Of a stretch of DNA of 37,920 nucleotides, positions 37,010 to 37,920 are shown piece by piece. Position numbers and translations under genes: made by a program. This stretch comes from a virus. Taxonomy: Duplodnaviria; Heunggongvirae; Uroviricota; Caudoviricetes. The DNA lies in the IMG/VR virus record IMGVR_UViG_2737471826_000005; one strand, 5' to 3'. Positions within the stretch are counted from its first letter, which is position 1. Each line of letters opens with the position of its first letter. The notes below the pieces were generated by a model. The model had not been told where the DNA came from and ran no database searches. It saw only the letters and a list, made by a program, of their open reading frames with translations.

Positions 37010-37920
37010 ATGGTACCCTCAACATTTTCTCGTTTGAAAGCCGCGCGTTGTCTGCCTGTTGTTCTGGCAGCCCTGATTTTCGCCGGTTGTGGCACCCATA
37101 CTCCCGATCAGTCCACTGCTTATATGCAGGGCACGGCGCAGGCTGATTCTGCCTTTTACCTGCAACAGATGCAGCAAAGTTCTGATGATACCAGGATCAA
37201 CTGGCAATTACTCGCCATTCGTGCACTGGTGAAAGAAGGTAAAACCGGACAGGCGGTGGAGTTGTTTAACCAACTACCGCAAGAACTGAACGATTCTCAG
37301 CGTCGCGAGAAAACACTGCTGGCGGCAGAGATTAAACTGGCGCAGAAAGATTTTGCTGGCGCGCAAAACTTGCTGGCGAAAATCACACCTGCCGATTTAG
37401 AACAAAACCAGCAAGCCCGTTACTGGCAGGCAAAAATCGATGCCAGCCAGGGGCGTCCTTCCATTGATTTACTGCGCGCGTTAATTGCTCAGGAACCGCT
37501 GCTTGGCGCGAAAGAAAAACAGCAGAATATTGATGCCACCTGGCAGGCGCTCTCCTCCATGACTCAGGAACAGGCGAATACGCTGGTGATCAATGCCGAC
37601 GAAAATATTCTGCAAGGCTGGCTGGATCTGCAGCGCATCTGGTTTGATAACCGTAACGATCCCGACATGATGAAAGCTGGGATCGCCGACTGGCAGAAAC
37701 GTTATCCGAACAACCCGGGCGCGAAAATGCTGCCAACGCAGTTGGTTAACGTAAAAGCGTTTAAACCCGCATCGACCAACAAAATCGCCCTGCTGTTGCC
37801 ACTGAATGGCCAGGCAGCGGTATTTGGTCGCACTATTCAGCAAGGCTTTGAAGCGGCGAAAAATATCGGCACTCAGCCAGTGGCGGCTCAGGTAGCTGCC
37901 GCACCTGCCGCAGACGTAGC
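37010..37920 (+). CDS. lpoA: penicillin-binding protein activator LpoA, N-terminal part (continues beyond window)
   Basis: ATG at 37010; MVPSTFSRLKAARCLPVVLAALIFAGCGTH lipoprotein signal; not in track because it runs off the edge. Confidence 0.9.
   Translation, partial: MVPSTFSRLKAARCLPVVLAALIFAGCGTHTPDQSTAYMQGTAQADSAFYLQQMQQSSDDTRINWQLLAIRALVKEGKTGQAVELFNQLPQELNDSQRREKTLLAAEIKLAQKDFAGAQNLLAKITPADLEQNQQARYWQAKIDASQGRPSIDLLRALIAQEPLLGAKEKQQNIDATWQALSSMTQEQANTLVINADENILQGWLDLQRIWFDNRNDPDMMKAGIADWQKRYPNNPGAKMLPTQLVNVKAFKPASTNKIALLLPLNGQAAVFGRTIQQGFEAAKNIGTQPVAAQVAAAPAADV

Noticed and set aside
37019-37843. Minus-strand ORFs 37019..37207 and 37481..37843
   Set aside because: Antisense to lpoA, whose N-terminal lipoprotein signal sequence is recognisable on the plus strand.

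Overview
About 34.5 kb of this window is one Mu-like transposable prophage, followed by about 3.4 kb of Escherichia coli-type chromosome (5'-truncated agaD, agaI, rsmI, start of lpoA). All calls rest on reading the six-frame translations and the sequence by eye; no database search or folding was run, and family names come from remembered motifs. Prophage layout: a leftward late operon (22369 down to 1: holin-like, SLT endolysin, Rz with embedded Rz1, terminase small/large, Mu gp29-type portal, Mu F/G/I/T head genes, sheath, tube, frameshifted chaperone, 1070-aa tape measure, P2/Mu-type baseplate genes, tail fiber start running off the left edge). A central accessory/immunity region (22403-25348) holds a P-loop protein, two small ORFs, an orphan Dam-like methyltransferase and an XRE-type repressor. 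A rightward early operon (25349-33399) holds a Ner/Cro-like protein, DDE transposase, transposition ATPase B, Gam, MazG-like, GemA and Mor. The element appears to end near 34507 inside the 5' end of agaD, so it entered by transposition and inactivated the aga locus; its other end lies outside the window. The divergent early/late arrangement differs from collinear Mu and matches what I recall of BcepMu-type phages. The best candidates for an undescribed system are the P-loop gene cluster at 22500-23837 and the terminator-insulated membrane-protein gene with an in-frame amber codon at 33514-34146; neither could be assigned a function from sequence alone.
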